Positions 9,361 to 17,062 of a stretch of 25,514 nucleotides of DNA are shown one piece after another. This stretch comes from Chthoniobacteraceae bacterium. Lineage in GTDB: Bacteria; Verrucomicrobiota; Verrucomicrobiia; Chthoniobacterales; Chthoniobacteraceae. The stretch's first letter is position 1, and every line of letters begins with the position of its first letter. Under the pieces are notes generated by a model. That model did no database searches. It was not told the DNA's origin and saw nothing but the letters and a program-made list of their open reading frames with translations. Position numbers and translations under genes: made by a program. The DNA lies in NCBI GenBank assembly GCA_031409655.1, contig JANNXQ010000177.1:1-25514 (forward strand), in the 5' to 3' direction.

Positions 9361-9815
9361 AAGGACGCCCGGCTCCGTGCCGAATTTCAGGTCGGCGTCA
9401 ATGAGCCCCAGGACTTCGAGAGCGAAATCGACCGCGCCGCGATCATCCACGCCGCCTGCGGGACCCACGCCGACGCGCTCGCCGAGCACGGCTGGATCGC
9501 CGCCGATACCACCGACCTCGGCGCCGCCCTCGAGACGCTCGAAGGCGCGGGGAATACCCAGAACAACGCCAGGGCAAAAAGAAAGGCATCACCGCCCGCC
9601 GCAGCCGCGCCGCCAACGAACTCCACAAAAAGTGCCTGAGCCTGCAAAACGCCGCCCGCCTCGCCTACCCGAGCACGAAGATCGGCAAAGTGGGCGGCAT
9701 CGAAGAAGCCCGCGCCCGCTTCCTCCTCGACGAATTCCCACCCCGCACCGGCGCCAACGCCGGCGAAAACCCCGACCCAAACGGCCCACCGACGTCACCC
9801 GAGCCGGGAAAGTAG
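9361..9815 (+). pseudogene. 5'-truncated, frameshifted remnant of a hypothetical helical protein
   Basis: Coding-like frame KDARLRAEFQVG...TQNNARAK switches at the A-run near 9576-9584 to a second frame, KGITARRSRAANELHKKCLSLQNAARLAYPS...RARFLLDEFPP...PGK*, with stop at 9813-9815. No plausible start. Confidence 0.6.
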
Positions 9816-9920
9816 TTGCGGCATTGGGCATTCCGAAGGTTTGGCCAGAAAACTGACCACACGGGATGCCCTCCGCCTGGGATCTCTGACCGTTGAGCAG
9901 TCCATTCAGTTGCGGCTTGG

Positions 9921-10068
9921 CGGAGCAAAGCAGTCCACGACTTTAGTCGGCCAAGCCCTTCGCCAACAGAGGCAAACTTCGACCCGATAGAAGTCGCCGG
10001 TCGTGGAATTCGACGCTGCTACTGCGTTGCGCGTCGAGCCGACTAAAGTCGAAGAGTACTTTGCCGCC
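9921..10068. repeat. REPIN/MITE-like inverted repeat with CGACTTTAGTCG palindromic core
   Basis: CGACTTTAGTCGGC (9938-9951) is the exact reverse complement of GCCGACTAAAGTCG (10038-10051). Outer GCAAAG/CTTTGC also pair. A degenerate third copy lies near 10130-10156. Confidence 0.7.
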
Positions 10069-10249
10069 GCGCCGGTCGTACTGTTGGTGAGAGATGGGAT
10101 CACTCATGCCAAAGCGCATGAGCCTGTCGGAAAAGACTCATGCGACTTTGGTTGGCGAAAAGCCCTTGGCAACACCGAAACGCCTTGCTGTCACCCAGAG
10201 CGAATGCCCGGCCGCGTCGTTCTCGTCAACCTTCGCGGCGGCGTTGCCC

Positions 10250-11467
10250 CTATGGCTGGGTGGCGCGAGCCTGGAGGGTGACGAAGCCTTGGGGAAGGGT
10301 GGTCGTCACGCGCCATGTGGCGACATTGATGTTGCCGCTGATGCGAGTAGCAGGCAGTAACGAACGTGCAGAAAACTTTGGGATTAGGGCAAGCTCAACA
10401 ACGCCTTCGATGGGAAAGTCACGCGTCTCAATCACGATACTAACCGGCGCGTTGTTCTGAATGGCCACATCGGCGGCCGCGACGAGTGGAGATCTAGGAT
10501 CGGTGGGCGCAACTATGGAATCGACGCTAACAACGCGCGCCTTTGGCGCATTGGCAGCGGGCCAAATGATGGGCGGGTTTGCTGGTGGAACCCCTACAGT
10601 CTCCGGAGTTGAAACAAGACCGCTTGAGAGCCATCCTTCAATCCTGATCCGACCATCCGGAAACGCGCGGAGATTCGACAGGACTCCTTGAGACACTGAC
10701 GTCGTTCCTGTAACAGATTGAGCAATCAATCTTATCGCTCCGCCACTGCCATACTGTGGGTTAGCATAGGTTATTGAAGTACCACCACTTACATCAATCT
10801 GTCCAGTTACGTTGATAACATTGCCTGCAGCGATAAGGATTGCACCTCCTCCCCCCGCTCCCGCCACTTCAAAAGTTGGCTTGTGTCCAGACCCTCCAAT
10901 AAGCGGAAGAATCTGCGGGTTTCCATAAACTGATGCATAGCGGCCACTATTGTATCCGCCATTTCCCAAGGCGAAGCCCGGGCCATACCCGTCTCCAGAT
11001 CCTTGTGGACCCACCGCCCCACCCCGAAACCCACCTGGGCCTGCTTCAGCGGGAACAAGCCTCGATACAGCATCTCCACCTTCGTTTTGACCCAAAAGCA
11101 GTAATTTTCCAGCAATGTTAACATTTCCTTGCACGAGCCATACAACAGGGGCTTTGCTCGGATGATTCTTGAACCGGACGGTTCTGCCCACAAGCTGGGC
11201 GGGCGATCCGCTCGTGAAGCCCGCGATATTGACAGAAGTGTATTTGAAAACGATCGCCCACTTATCCGGGTCATAGACGCCCTTACCGGCATTGGCGGAA
11301 TTGTTTTGATTCCATGTGCCGGTGACGGCTTGGGAGAGGTCGATCACCGTGTCTGCGGTGATATTCAATGCACCATCGGAGCCGTCGCTGGGGATGGTGA
11401 GTTGGGCGGAGGCGGTCAGGGTACTGCCAATGAAGGCAGCGGCGAGGATTAGTTTGTGGAGTGTCAT
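10250..11467 (-). CDS. Exported Gly-rich hypothetical protein (405 aa)
   Basis: ATG 11467 gives signal peptide MTLHKLILAAAFIGSTLTASA|Q; SDGSDGAL, GPGGFRGG, GAGGGGAILIAA and GSGGAIRLIA motifs; beta-rich C-terminal domain. Confidence 0.8.
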   Translation of the reverse strand: MTLHKLILAAAFIGSTLTASAQLTIPSDGSDGALNITADTVIDLSQAVTGTWNQNNSANAGKGVYDPDKWAIVFKYTSVNIAGFTSGSPAQLVGRTVRFKNHPSKAPVVWLVQGNVNIAGKLLLLGQNEGGDAVSRLVPAEAGPGGFRGGAVGPQGSGDGYGPGFALGNGGYNSGRYASVYGNPQILPLIGGSGHKPTFEVAGAGGGGAILIAAGNVINVTGQIDVSGGTSITYANPQYGSGGAIRLIAQSVTGTTSVSQGVLSNLRAFPDGRIRIEGWLSSGLVSTPETVGVPPANPPIIWPAANAPKARVVSVDSIVAPTDPRSPLVAAADVAIQNNAPVSIVIETRDFPIEGVVELALIPKFSARSLLPATRISGNINVATWRVTTTLPQGFVTLQARATQP

Positions 11468-11521
11468 GGGTTTGGTGGGTTGGTTCGGAGGTTGTTGGGA
11501 CTTGGTTCTGATAGGTAGCAC

Positions 11522-12418
11522 TTAGGGTTCGTTAAAATTCAGGACGCTGACTTCACGCGAGTTGACTTCGAGAGCGGCAGTGGGGCTGCCGAGATTGAAG
11601 ACGCTCACTTCCCGCGTCTCGATTTGCAGGAGATCGCTGGAAGGAACCGCCTGGCCGTTGAAGACCGAACATTCACGGGAATGGGTGTAACCGATAAGGG
11701 TCGCACCGCCAGGATCGCCCCCACCTGAGTTGCTGCCACCGGGAGCACTGCCAAAGTTGAAGATGCTGAATTCGCGGGTCTCGATCTGAAGGAGGTCGCT
11801 GTAGGGGACGGCTTGGCCATTGTAGAGGGAAACTTCCTTGGAGCTCGCTTCAAACGTCGCGCTGGGGCTGCCGAAGTTGAAGATGGATTGCTCCCGAGTG
11901 TTGGCCTCGAAGGTGGCGGAAGGGCTGCCGAAATTGAAGATGCTGACTTCCCGGCCTTCGCGTTGGAGGATCTTGTAACTGGTGATCCGAAATAGGTTCA
12001 AATAGACTTGGTAATTGGTGAGTCCGCCGCCGCCTGGGGAAAGTTTGGACCCATCACTCGGATCGAGCGGATCGAGAATGTTCGGGTGGGACAGCTCGTA
12101 AGCGTCGTCTATTCCATCGCCATCGGTATCCAGAGGGGCAAATTTACTATACGGGATGGCGCGGAAGAATCCCTTGGGCACCCCTGGGACGATTTGGAGC
12201 TCAGAAGGAGTGCCGAGGCTCATATCGGCTGATTCCCAAGTGATAAGATCGTGGGAAAACTGCAGCAGGTAGTAGGCGCCGGGATCCTCGGCAAACTCGA
12301 CGACCGCCATTCCATTGATGAGCTGGAAGTTCTGGATGGTATTCAGCGGGACGGCCGAGGCGCCGGTGAGAATCGTGATCCACAGAGTGAGAAATAGGAT
12401 GGAAGATCGCGTCGTCAT
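11522..12418 (-). CDS. Exported protein with DxDGDG Ca-binding-like motif and seven RExSxxN repeats (298 aa)
   Basis: ATG 12418 gives signal peptide MTTRSSILFLTLWITILTGASA|V; YLLQFSHDLITW...FFRA module; DTDGDGIDDAYE..LDPLDPSD; C-terminal repeats. The track's extension to 12832 runs through a promoter motif and a REPIN. Confidence 0.8.
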   Translation of the reverse strand: MTTRSSILFLTLWITILTGASAVPLNTIQNFQLINGMAVVEFAEDPGAYYLLQFSHDLITWESADMSLGTPSELQIVPGVPKGFFRAIPYSKFAPLDTDGDGIDDAYELSHPNILDPLDPSDGSKLSPGGGGLTNYQVYLNLFRITSYKILQREGREVSIFNFGSPSATFEANTREQSIFNFGSPSATFEASSKEVSLYNGQAVPYSDLLQIETREFSIFNFGSAPGGSNSGGGDPGGATLIGYTHSRECSVFNGQAVPSSDLLQIETREVSVFNLGSPTAALEVNSREVSVLNFNEP

Positions 12419-12510
12419 TTGAGGATGTTTTGAAAGGCAATGAGTTTGGTCATTTTTGGTTCGGAAGCGGGAGCGACCTTGACGGTGGCGCGCAGGGTCC
12501 TCCCTCCTTG

Positions 12511-12537
12511 ATTCGGAATCGCGACCGCCGGGTTTCA
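12511..12537 (-). promoter_or_regulatory. Candidate ECF promoter, copy A
   Basis: Minus strand TGAAACC-cggcggtcgcg-ATTCCGAAT, 92 nt upstream of ATG 12418; same motif and spacing as copies B and C. Confidence 0.8.
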
Positions 12538-12615
12538 AAGAATCCGAAAAACCTTTGGCAGGGATTGAGAAATTCGGCGCGACTCCGGTTCGCCCGCCGC
12601 GGGATCGGAGCGCTT

Positions 12616-12745
12616 TGGAGTGCGCAGACTCGTCTGCGTTTTGGCGGCGGCGGCGACTGGTCGCCGGCGGCAGGGCGCAGAGGCTTTCCCCCCGCCGCCG
12701 ACAAGTCGGCCCCTCCGCAAAGCGCGGACAAGTCCGCGCACTCCA
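12616..12745. repeat. REPIN-like element with TGGAGTGCGC...GCGCACTCCA ends
   Basis: Inverted termini enclosing four palindromes with GAC-NN-GTC cores: GCGCAGACTCGTCTGCGT, CGGCGACTGGTCGCCG, GCCGACAAGTCGGC, GCGCGGACAAGTCCGCGC. Confidence 0.8.
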
Positions 12746-12863
12746 GAGCTGTCGCGTGCAACAACCCTTACTCGTTGTCCGTGCAGGCCACTTCGCACAC
12801 GCTACTGGCACTTTATCCACATCACGCGGCACTGAGGACGGGACGGTTTCGTTCTGTAACGCT

Positions 12864-15800
12864 TCAAAACTCTACGCCCCAAACCCAGAGGCTGCCGTCG
12901 CCGCGAATCCCTGCGGCTCCGTTCTCTCCTGCGGAAATGCTCACCCAGCGACCATCCGCACCGATCCGCACAGGGGACAGTCGATCGATGGTACTGCCAT
13001 CGCCCAGTTGCCCGCGGTGATTGTGACCCCAAGCCCAGAGGCTGCCATCGGCCTGCAAGGCAAATGTTGAGTCAACAGTCGCAGCTACGAGTGTCCAGCG
13101 GCGATTCCCGCCAACCGCCGTCCAATCGGATCGCGCGGCCTTCGATCCGATGCCGAGTTTTCCGAATTCGTTCCCGCCGGAGCCCCAAAGCGTTTGATCT
13201 TTTCCGATGACGAAGGACCGAGTCTGGCGCGTTTCCACCGCGATCCAGTATCCGTCCGGCCCGATCCGAACGGGATTAGGAACCTTTTCAGCAGTGGTCA
13301 GGCCCAGTTGGCCGGCTCGGTTGTCACCCCATCCCCAGAGGCTGCCGTCGGCTTTGATGGCACCACCAGAACCATAGGCAGCGCTGATGCAGGTCCAATC
13401 GTGGTCCGTTCCGATTTGCTTGGGATACAATTGCGGCGCCGAGGGTCCAGTGGACCGTTGCCCGAACTGATTTGCACCCCAGCCCCAAAGGGTGCCATCC
13501 GCTTTCAGCGCCAAAGTATGAAAGGCGGCGAGTGCGAGCCCAGTCCAGTCGGTGCCCGTCCCAACCCTGGTCGGTGCGGGTCGGTTCACCTCTGTGCCGT
13601 CTCCGAGGCACCCGTATCGATTTCTGCCCCAAGCCCAAAGGCTGCCATCTGTTTTGATCGCAAACGATGCGTCGGCGCGCGCTGCGGCCGTTTTCCAGTC
13701 GATGTCCGAACCGATGCGCACCGGCTCGCGTTTGTCCTCGAGAACGCCCACTCCCAATTGCCCAAACGATCCCTTTCCCCATGCCCACAGGCTGCCGTTG
13801 GCTTTGATCGCGAGAGCGTGGCTCTCGCCCACGGCGACGGAAATCCAGTCATTGTCCCTGCCGATCTGACGCGGAATCTGGCCAGTCGGAGCCCGCGGTG
13901 CGGTCTTTTCGGAGTTGCCAGCGGAAACAGCCACCACCTTTGCACTGACTCGATTCTGCGCAAGATAGTCGCCGCCTTGGTCCAGTACGCAGCGGAAACC
14001 GTAGTCTGCAATGCGTGCTGTCGCCGGATACGTTTGCCGCCGGGATGCGACTAGGAGCAATAGGTGCGGGGAAAACCAACTTCCGCCACGCACGATGCGC
14101 TTCGCTCCATCGGTATCGGCTCGATCTTCACAATACTCTCCGGCGTTGCCTGCCAGATCGAAAATTCCGAGGATATTTCCGCGAAAACTTCCAACCGGAG
14201 CAGTGCCGGAATACTCATCCCGGTAGCCAATAATCCGTTCCTTCATCACGGCTCCGAATTTGGCATAGGTTGCTTCGTCCCCGAAGTTGCCCGCTCCGCT
14301 CGGCGGCGGCCAGGCTGCACCCCATGGATAGTCTGGGATCACTCCATTTTTGTTCGAGGGCATCGCCGTTTCGTCCTCGCGATTCCCGATCCCCACGGCG
14401 CAACTCCACTGGTGGTCGGTAGGGAGACGGTAAGTCGCGCCGGCGGGAAGCACGCCTTGGGAAAGTTCGGTTTTTGTCAGCCAATCGCAGAATGTTTTTG
14501 CTTCGGTCCAACTCACCCGGATGACCGGATGGTCGGGACCCTGTGGGACGGGCATTCCCTTTGAGGTCGGCTGGGTCCATTCAGCATCCACGTCATTCGC
14601 TTTCGCAAACTCGGCGTAGTCACGCACGCGGGTTTCCCAAATGGAGAAGAGTATGTTGGTTCCCGGTACCGGCACGAATTTCATCCCCAATGAGTTCACA
14701 AAGGGCTGCTCTTTGCTCGCGCCAGGAAGTTTCTCGGCCAAGGCTGCGGCTTCGGACTTCGACAGCGGCCTTGGCGGGGCGTCGGAGGTCGCCGCTGCGC
14801 GCGCTGGTGCGACCTCAGCAGCCCGCGTGGCTTTGCGAAGCTCGCCACCTTTCCAAATAAAAATACTGGCGATCACGGTGATCGCGAGCGCGCCCGCCGC
14901 TGCGAGTGACCACGTTTTTCTCGGCGATGAGGTCGGCTTTTGCGGTGAAGTCTGCGGCGGCGTGGTGCGGATGTGATCCACATCCGTCTTCATCTCGCCG
15001 GCTTGCTGGTAGCGGCGGGCGGGTTCCTCTTGCAGGGCTTTGAGCACGACCTCGTCGAGGCGGATGTCCACCTGCACTTTGCGCGAGGGCGGGTCGAAGA
15101 CGCCGTGCGGGCGCTGGCCAGTGAGCATTTCGTAGAGCATCACGCCGAGGGCGTAGATGTCGGCGCGGGCGTCGGCGTGGCCAGTGCGCTGCTCGGGGGC
15201 CATGTAGGCGTCGGTGCCCATGATGGCGTTTGCGCTGGTGAGGACGGACGTATCTTCCGCGAGCGGGCGGGAGAGGCCGAAGTCGGCGACCTTGGCCCGG
15301 CCATCCGCGGTGACGAGGATATTGGCGGGCTTAATGTCGCGGTGGATGACGCCCTGGCGATGCGCGTAATGGAGGGCGTCGCAGACTTGGGAGATGAGGG
15401 TGAGGGCTTGCTCGGGATTCAGGCCGGGACCGCGCAGGATGCGCTGGAGATCTGTGCCCTCCACAAACTCCATGACGAAATAGGGATGACCCGCGCTGGT
15501 CTGCCCGAATTCATAAACGGTGACGATGCCGGGATGCTGGAGTTTCGCCAGAGTGCGGGCTTCGCGCTGGAAGCGGGCGATGAATTGCTCATCGGCCGCC
15601 AGCTCGGCGGAGAGGAGCTTGATGGCGACGGGACGATCGAGCGCGGATTGGACGCCGCGATACACGGCACCCATGCCACCGCAGCCGAGCAGCGCGGTGA
15701 TGCCGTGCTGCGGGAGCAGTGCGGCGAGTTCCTCGGGCGTCGGCGGCACCCATGACTGTGCGCCATGGGACGGCCGAACCGTGCGCAGGCCCATCGCCAG

Positions 15801-15884
15801 CAACTCACCCGGGTCGAGATCGGCAAGGCCACCGAGCAACGGATTGCGCGGTGCAGCGGGCGGCGATGGTTCCTCGGGATTCAC
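12864..15884 (-). CDS. Membrane Hanks-type Ser/Thr kinase with extracytoplasmic FGE-sulfatase (SUMF1-like) domain and 7-repeat RCC1/BLIP-II propeller
   Basis: LGCGGMGAVY, VAIK, HRDIKPANIL, DFGL, GTDAYMAPEQ; TM WSLAAAGALAITVIASIFIW; NSLGMKFVPVPG, HPVIRVSW, RLPT, RGGSW..YGFRC; seven GSLWAWG-type repeats. Confidence 0.92.
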   Translation of the reverse strand: MNPEEPSPPAAPRNPLLGGLADLDPGELLAMGLRTVRPSHGAQSWVPPTPEELAALLPQHGITALLGCGGMGAVYRGVQSALDRPVAIKLLSAELAADEQFIARFQREARTLAKLQHPGIVTVYEFGQTSAGHPYFVMEFVEGTDLQRILRGPGLNPEQALTLISQVCDALHYAHRQGVIHRDIKPANILVTADGRAKVADFGLSRPLAEDTSVLTSANAIMGTDAYMAPEQRTGHADARADIYALGVMLYEMLTGQRPHGVFDPPSRKVQVDIRLDEVVLKALQEEPARRYQQAGEMKTDVDHIRTTPPQTSPQKPTSSPRKTWSLAAAGALAITVIASIFIWKGGELRKATRAAEVAPARAAATSDAPPRPLSKSEAAALAEKLPGASKEQPFVNSLGMKFVPVPGTNILFSIWETRVRDYAEFAKANDVDAEWTQPTSKGMPVPQGPDHPVIRVSWTEAKTFCDWLTKTELSQGVLPAGATYRLPTDHQWSCAVGIGNREDETAMPSNKNGVIPDYPWGAAWPPPSGAGNFGDEATYAKFGAVMKERIIGYRDEYSGTAPVGSFRGNILGIFDLAGNAGEYCEDRADTDGAKRIVRGGSWFSPHLLLLVASRRQTYPATARIADYGFRCVLDQGGDYLAQNRVSAKVVAVSAGNSEKTAPRAPTGQIPRQIGRDNDWISVAVGESHALAIKANGSLWAWGKGSFGQLGVGVLEDKREPVRIGSDIDWKTAAARADASFAIKTDGSLWAWGRNRYGCLGDGTEVNRPAPTRVGTGTDWTGLALAAFHTLALKADGTLWGWGANQFGQRSTGPSAPQLYPKQIGTDHDWTCISAAYGSGGAIKADGSLWGWGDNRAGQLGLTTAEKVPNPVRIGPDGYWIAVETRQTRSFVIGKDQTLWGSGGNEFGKLGIGSKAARSDWTAVGGNRRWTLVAATVDSTFALQADGSLWAWGHNHRGQLGDGSTIDRLSPVRIGADGRWVSISAGENGAAGIRGDGSLWVWGVEF

Positions 15885-15916
15885 GGGGCGTGACGGTAGG
15901 GGATTCTATGCTGCTG

Positions 15917-15943
15917 ATTCGGAATAAGGGAACTTCGGGTTCA
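15917..15943 (-). promoter_or_regulatory. Candidate ECF promoter, copy B
   Basis: Minus strand TGAACCC-gaagttccctt-ATTCCGAAT, 32 nt upstream of kinase GTG 15884. Confidence 0.8.
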
Positions 15944-15957
15944 AAGATTCTGCGGCT

Positions 15958-16082
15958 GATCGGGCGCTCCGAGCACGATGCGTGGAACCGCCGCCGGAGG
16001 CGTATCCTTTTCGACCGCTCCTCTGGAGAGCATGGCGCTTTGCGCATGGGTTTTGCCATCGAGCTCGGAGCGCTCGATCCAC
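15958..16082. repeat. REPIN-like inverted repeat, GTGGAT/GCTCCG family
   Basis: GATCGGGCGCTCCGAGCACGATG (15958-15980) matches the reverse complement of 16057-16079 at 21 of 23 positions; each arm is itself a hairpin; related to 25391-25503. Confidence 0.7.
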
Positions 16083-16209
16083 GACGCCGCGAGCTCCCCA
16101 GCCGGCTTTTGCCGGCCGGGAAGCCGCCTCGCTGGTCCACGCCACCGCCACACCCGGCGCAATCTTCCGCCAAATCAAAAAGTCAGGCGCGGCCGGGCTG
16201 CGATGGTTT

Positions 16210-16938
16210 TCACACACAGGTCAGCAGCTCGGAGAGTTCGCCCTTGATTTCCTTTTCACTCGGGGAATCGAGGGTGGTGGCGACCTGTGCGAAGAGCAGC
16301 TCGCGCCAGCGCTGGCGGAGGCGGAAGACCTGCGTCTTGAGCGTGCCGACGGGCGTACCGGTGGCCGCGGCGATGTCTTCGTAGCGCTGCTCCGGGTCGA
16401 GACCAAAGCCAAGAAACGGGCGCAGGGTCTCGAATTGCGCGCCCTTGCCAGCGGCGACGAACTCTTCGCGGAGAAGCTGGAAGGACTGCTCCAGGATGGC
16501 GAGCGCCCAGCGCCGCTGGAAGAGACGGTCGGGAGTAACGTCGTCCACGAGTTCGACGGCGTAGGCTTCTTCGGCCCACTCGGGATTGAAACTCACGAGC
16601 ACGCTGGCACCGCGCTTCTGCGCCATGGCTCGATCGTGCTCGTCGGCGAGGTAACGGCGGACACAGGTAAGCAGGAAGATACGCAATCGGCCCTTTTCGC
16701 GATCGGCGGCGGCGAGAATGTCCTTTTCCAGCAGGCGGGCGAAGAAGCCCTGGGTCAGGTCCTCGGCGTCGTGCGAGCTTTTCCCCGAACGCCGGATGAA
16801 GGCGTACACCGGATACCAGTAGGCTTCGCAGAGCGTCGCGAGCGCCTTCCCGGCAGCGGGGTCACTAGCACTCAATGCCTGGCGGACAAGCGACCAGCGC
16901 GTGGTGTGGAAGGAGTGAGGGGCGGATGGTACGTTCAT
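16210..16938 (-). CDS. ECF RNA polymerase sigma factor, kinase-associated PVC type
   Basis: N-terminal FHTTRWSLV; region 2 LCEAYWYPVYAFIRR..DAEDLTQGFF; region 4 YEDIAAATGTPVGTLKTQVFRLRQR; C-terminal extension. Upstream of a Ser/Thr kinase, no anti-sigma gene. Confidence 0.92.
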   Translation of the reverse strand: MNVPSAPHSFHTTRWSLVRQALSASDPAAGKALATLCEAYWYPVYAFIRRSGKSSHDAEDLTQGFFARLLEKDILAAADREKGRLRIFLLTCVRRYLADEHDRAMAQKRGASVLVSFNPEWAEEAYAVELVDDVTPDRLFQRRWALAILEQSFQLLREEFVAAGKGAQFETLRPFLGFGLDPEQRYEDIAAATGTPVGTLKTQVFRLRQRWRELLFAQVATTLDSPSEKEIKGELSELLTCV

Positions 16939-16953
16939 GGACTCTACTTATGA

Positions 16954-16980
16954 ATTCGGAATCCAGCAGCCAAGGTTGCA
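16954..16980 (-). promoter_or_regulatory. Candidate ECF promoter, copy C (autoregulatory)
   Basis: Minus strand TGCAACC-ttggctgctgg-ATTCCGAAT, 15 nt upstream of the sigma ATG 16938. Confidence 0.8.
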
Positions 16981-17062
16981 GGAAATTTATCGCCGGCTGC
17001 AATGCTCGGTCCGGCCCTTTCGGCTTCCGCGCGGCGCGAAATCCCCGGATGGTGCGCACCGC

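Noticed and set aside
9574..9587. Programmed -1 ribosomal frameshift
   Set aside because: No in-frame X XXY YYZ heptamer and the ORF lacks a start; simple decay is more likely.
9906..10103. 65-aa minus-strand ORF containing FYRVEV
   Set aside because: Lies across the inverted repeat; the short motif alone is insufficient.
13194..14054. 286-aa plus-strand ORF with apparent repeats
   Set aside because: Antisense shadow of the RCC1 repeats.
13985..14100. FGE/CLec domain as a diversity-generating retroelement target
   Set aside because: No second (template) copy of the RGGSW..GFR segment and no reverse transcriptase in the window.
15929..15955. Plus-strand sigmaE-like GGAACTT -35
   Set aside because: No -10 at proper spacing; it lies in the variable spacer of the better-supported minus-strand motif.
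15982..16953. 323-aa plus-strand ORF and other long antisense ORFs (e.g. 2333-3337, 5823-6827, 20928-22160)
   Set aside because: They overlap well-supported genes on the opposite strand; expected in high-GC DNA; no motifs.
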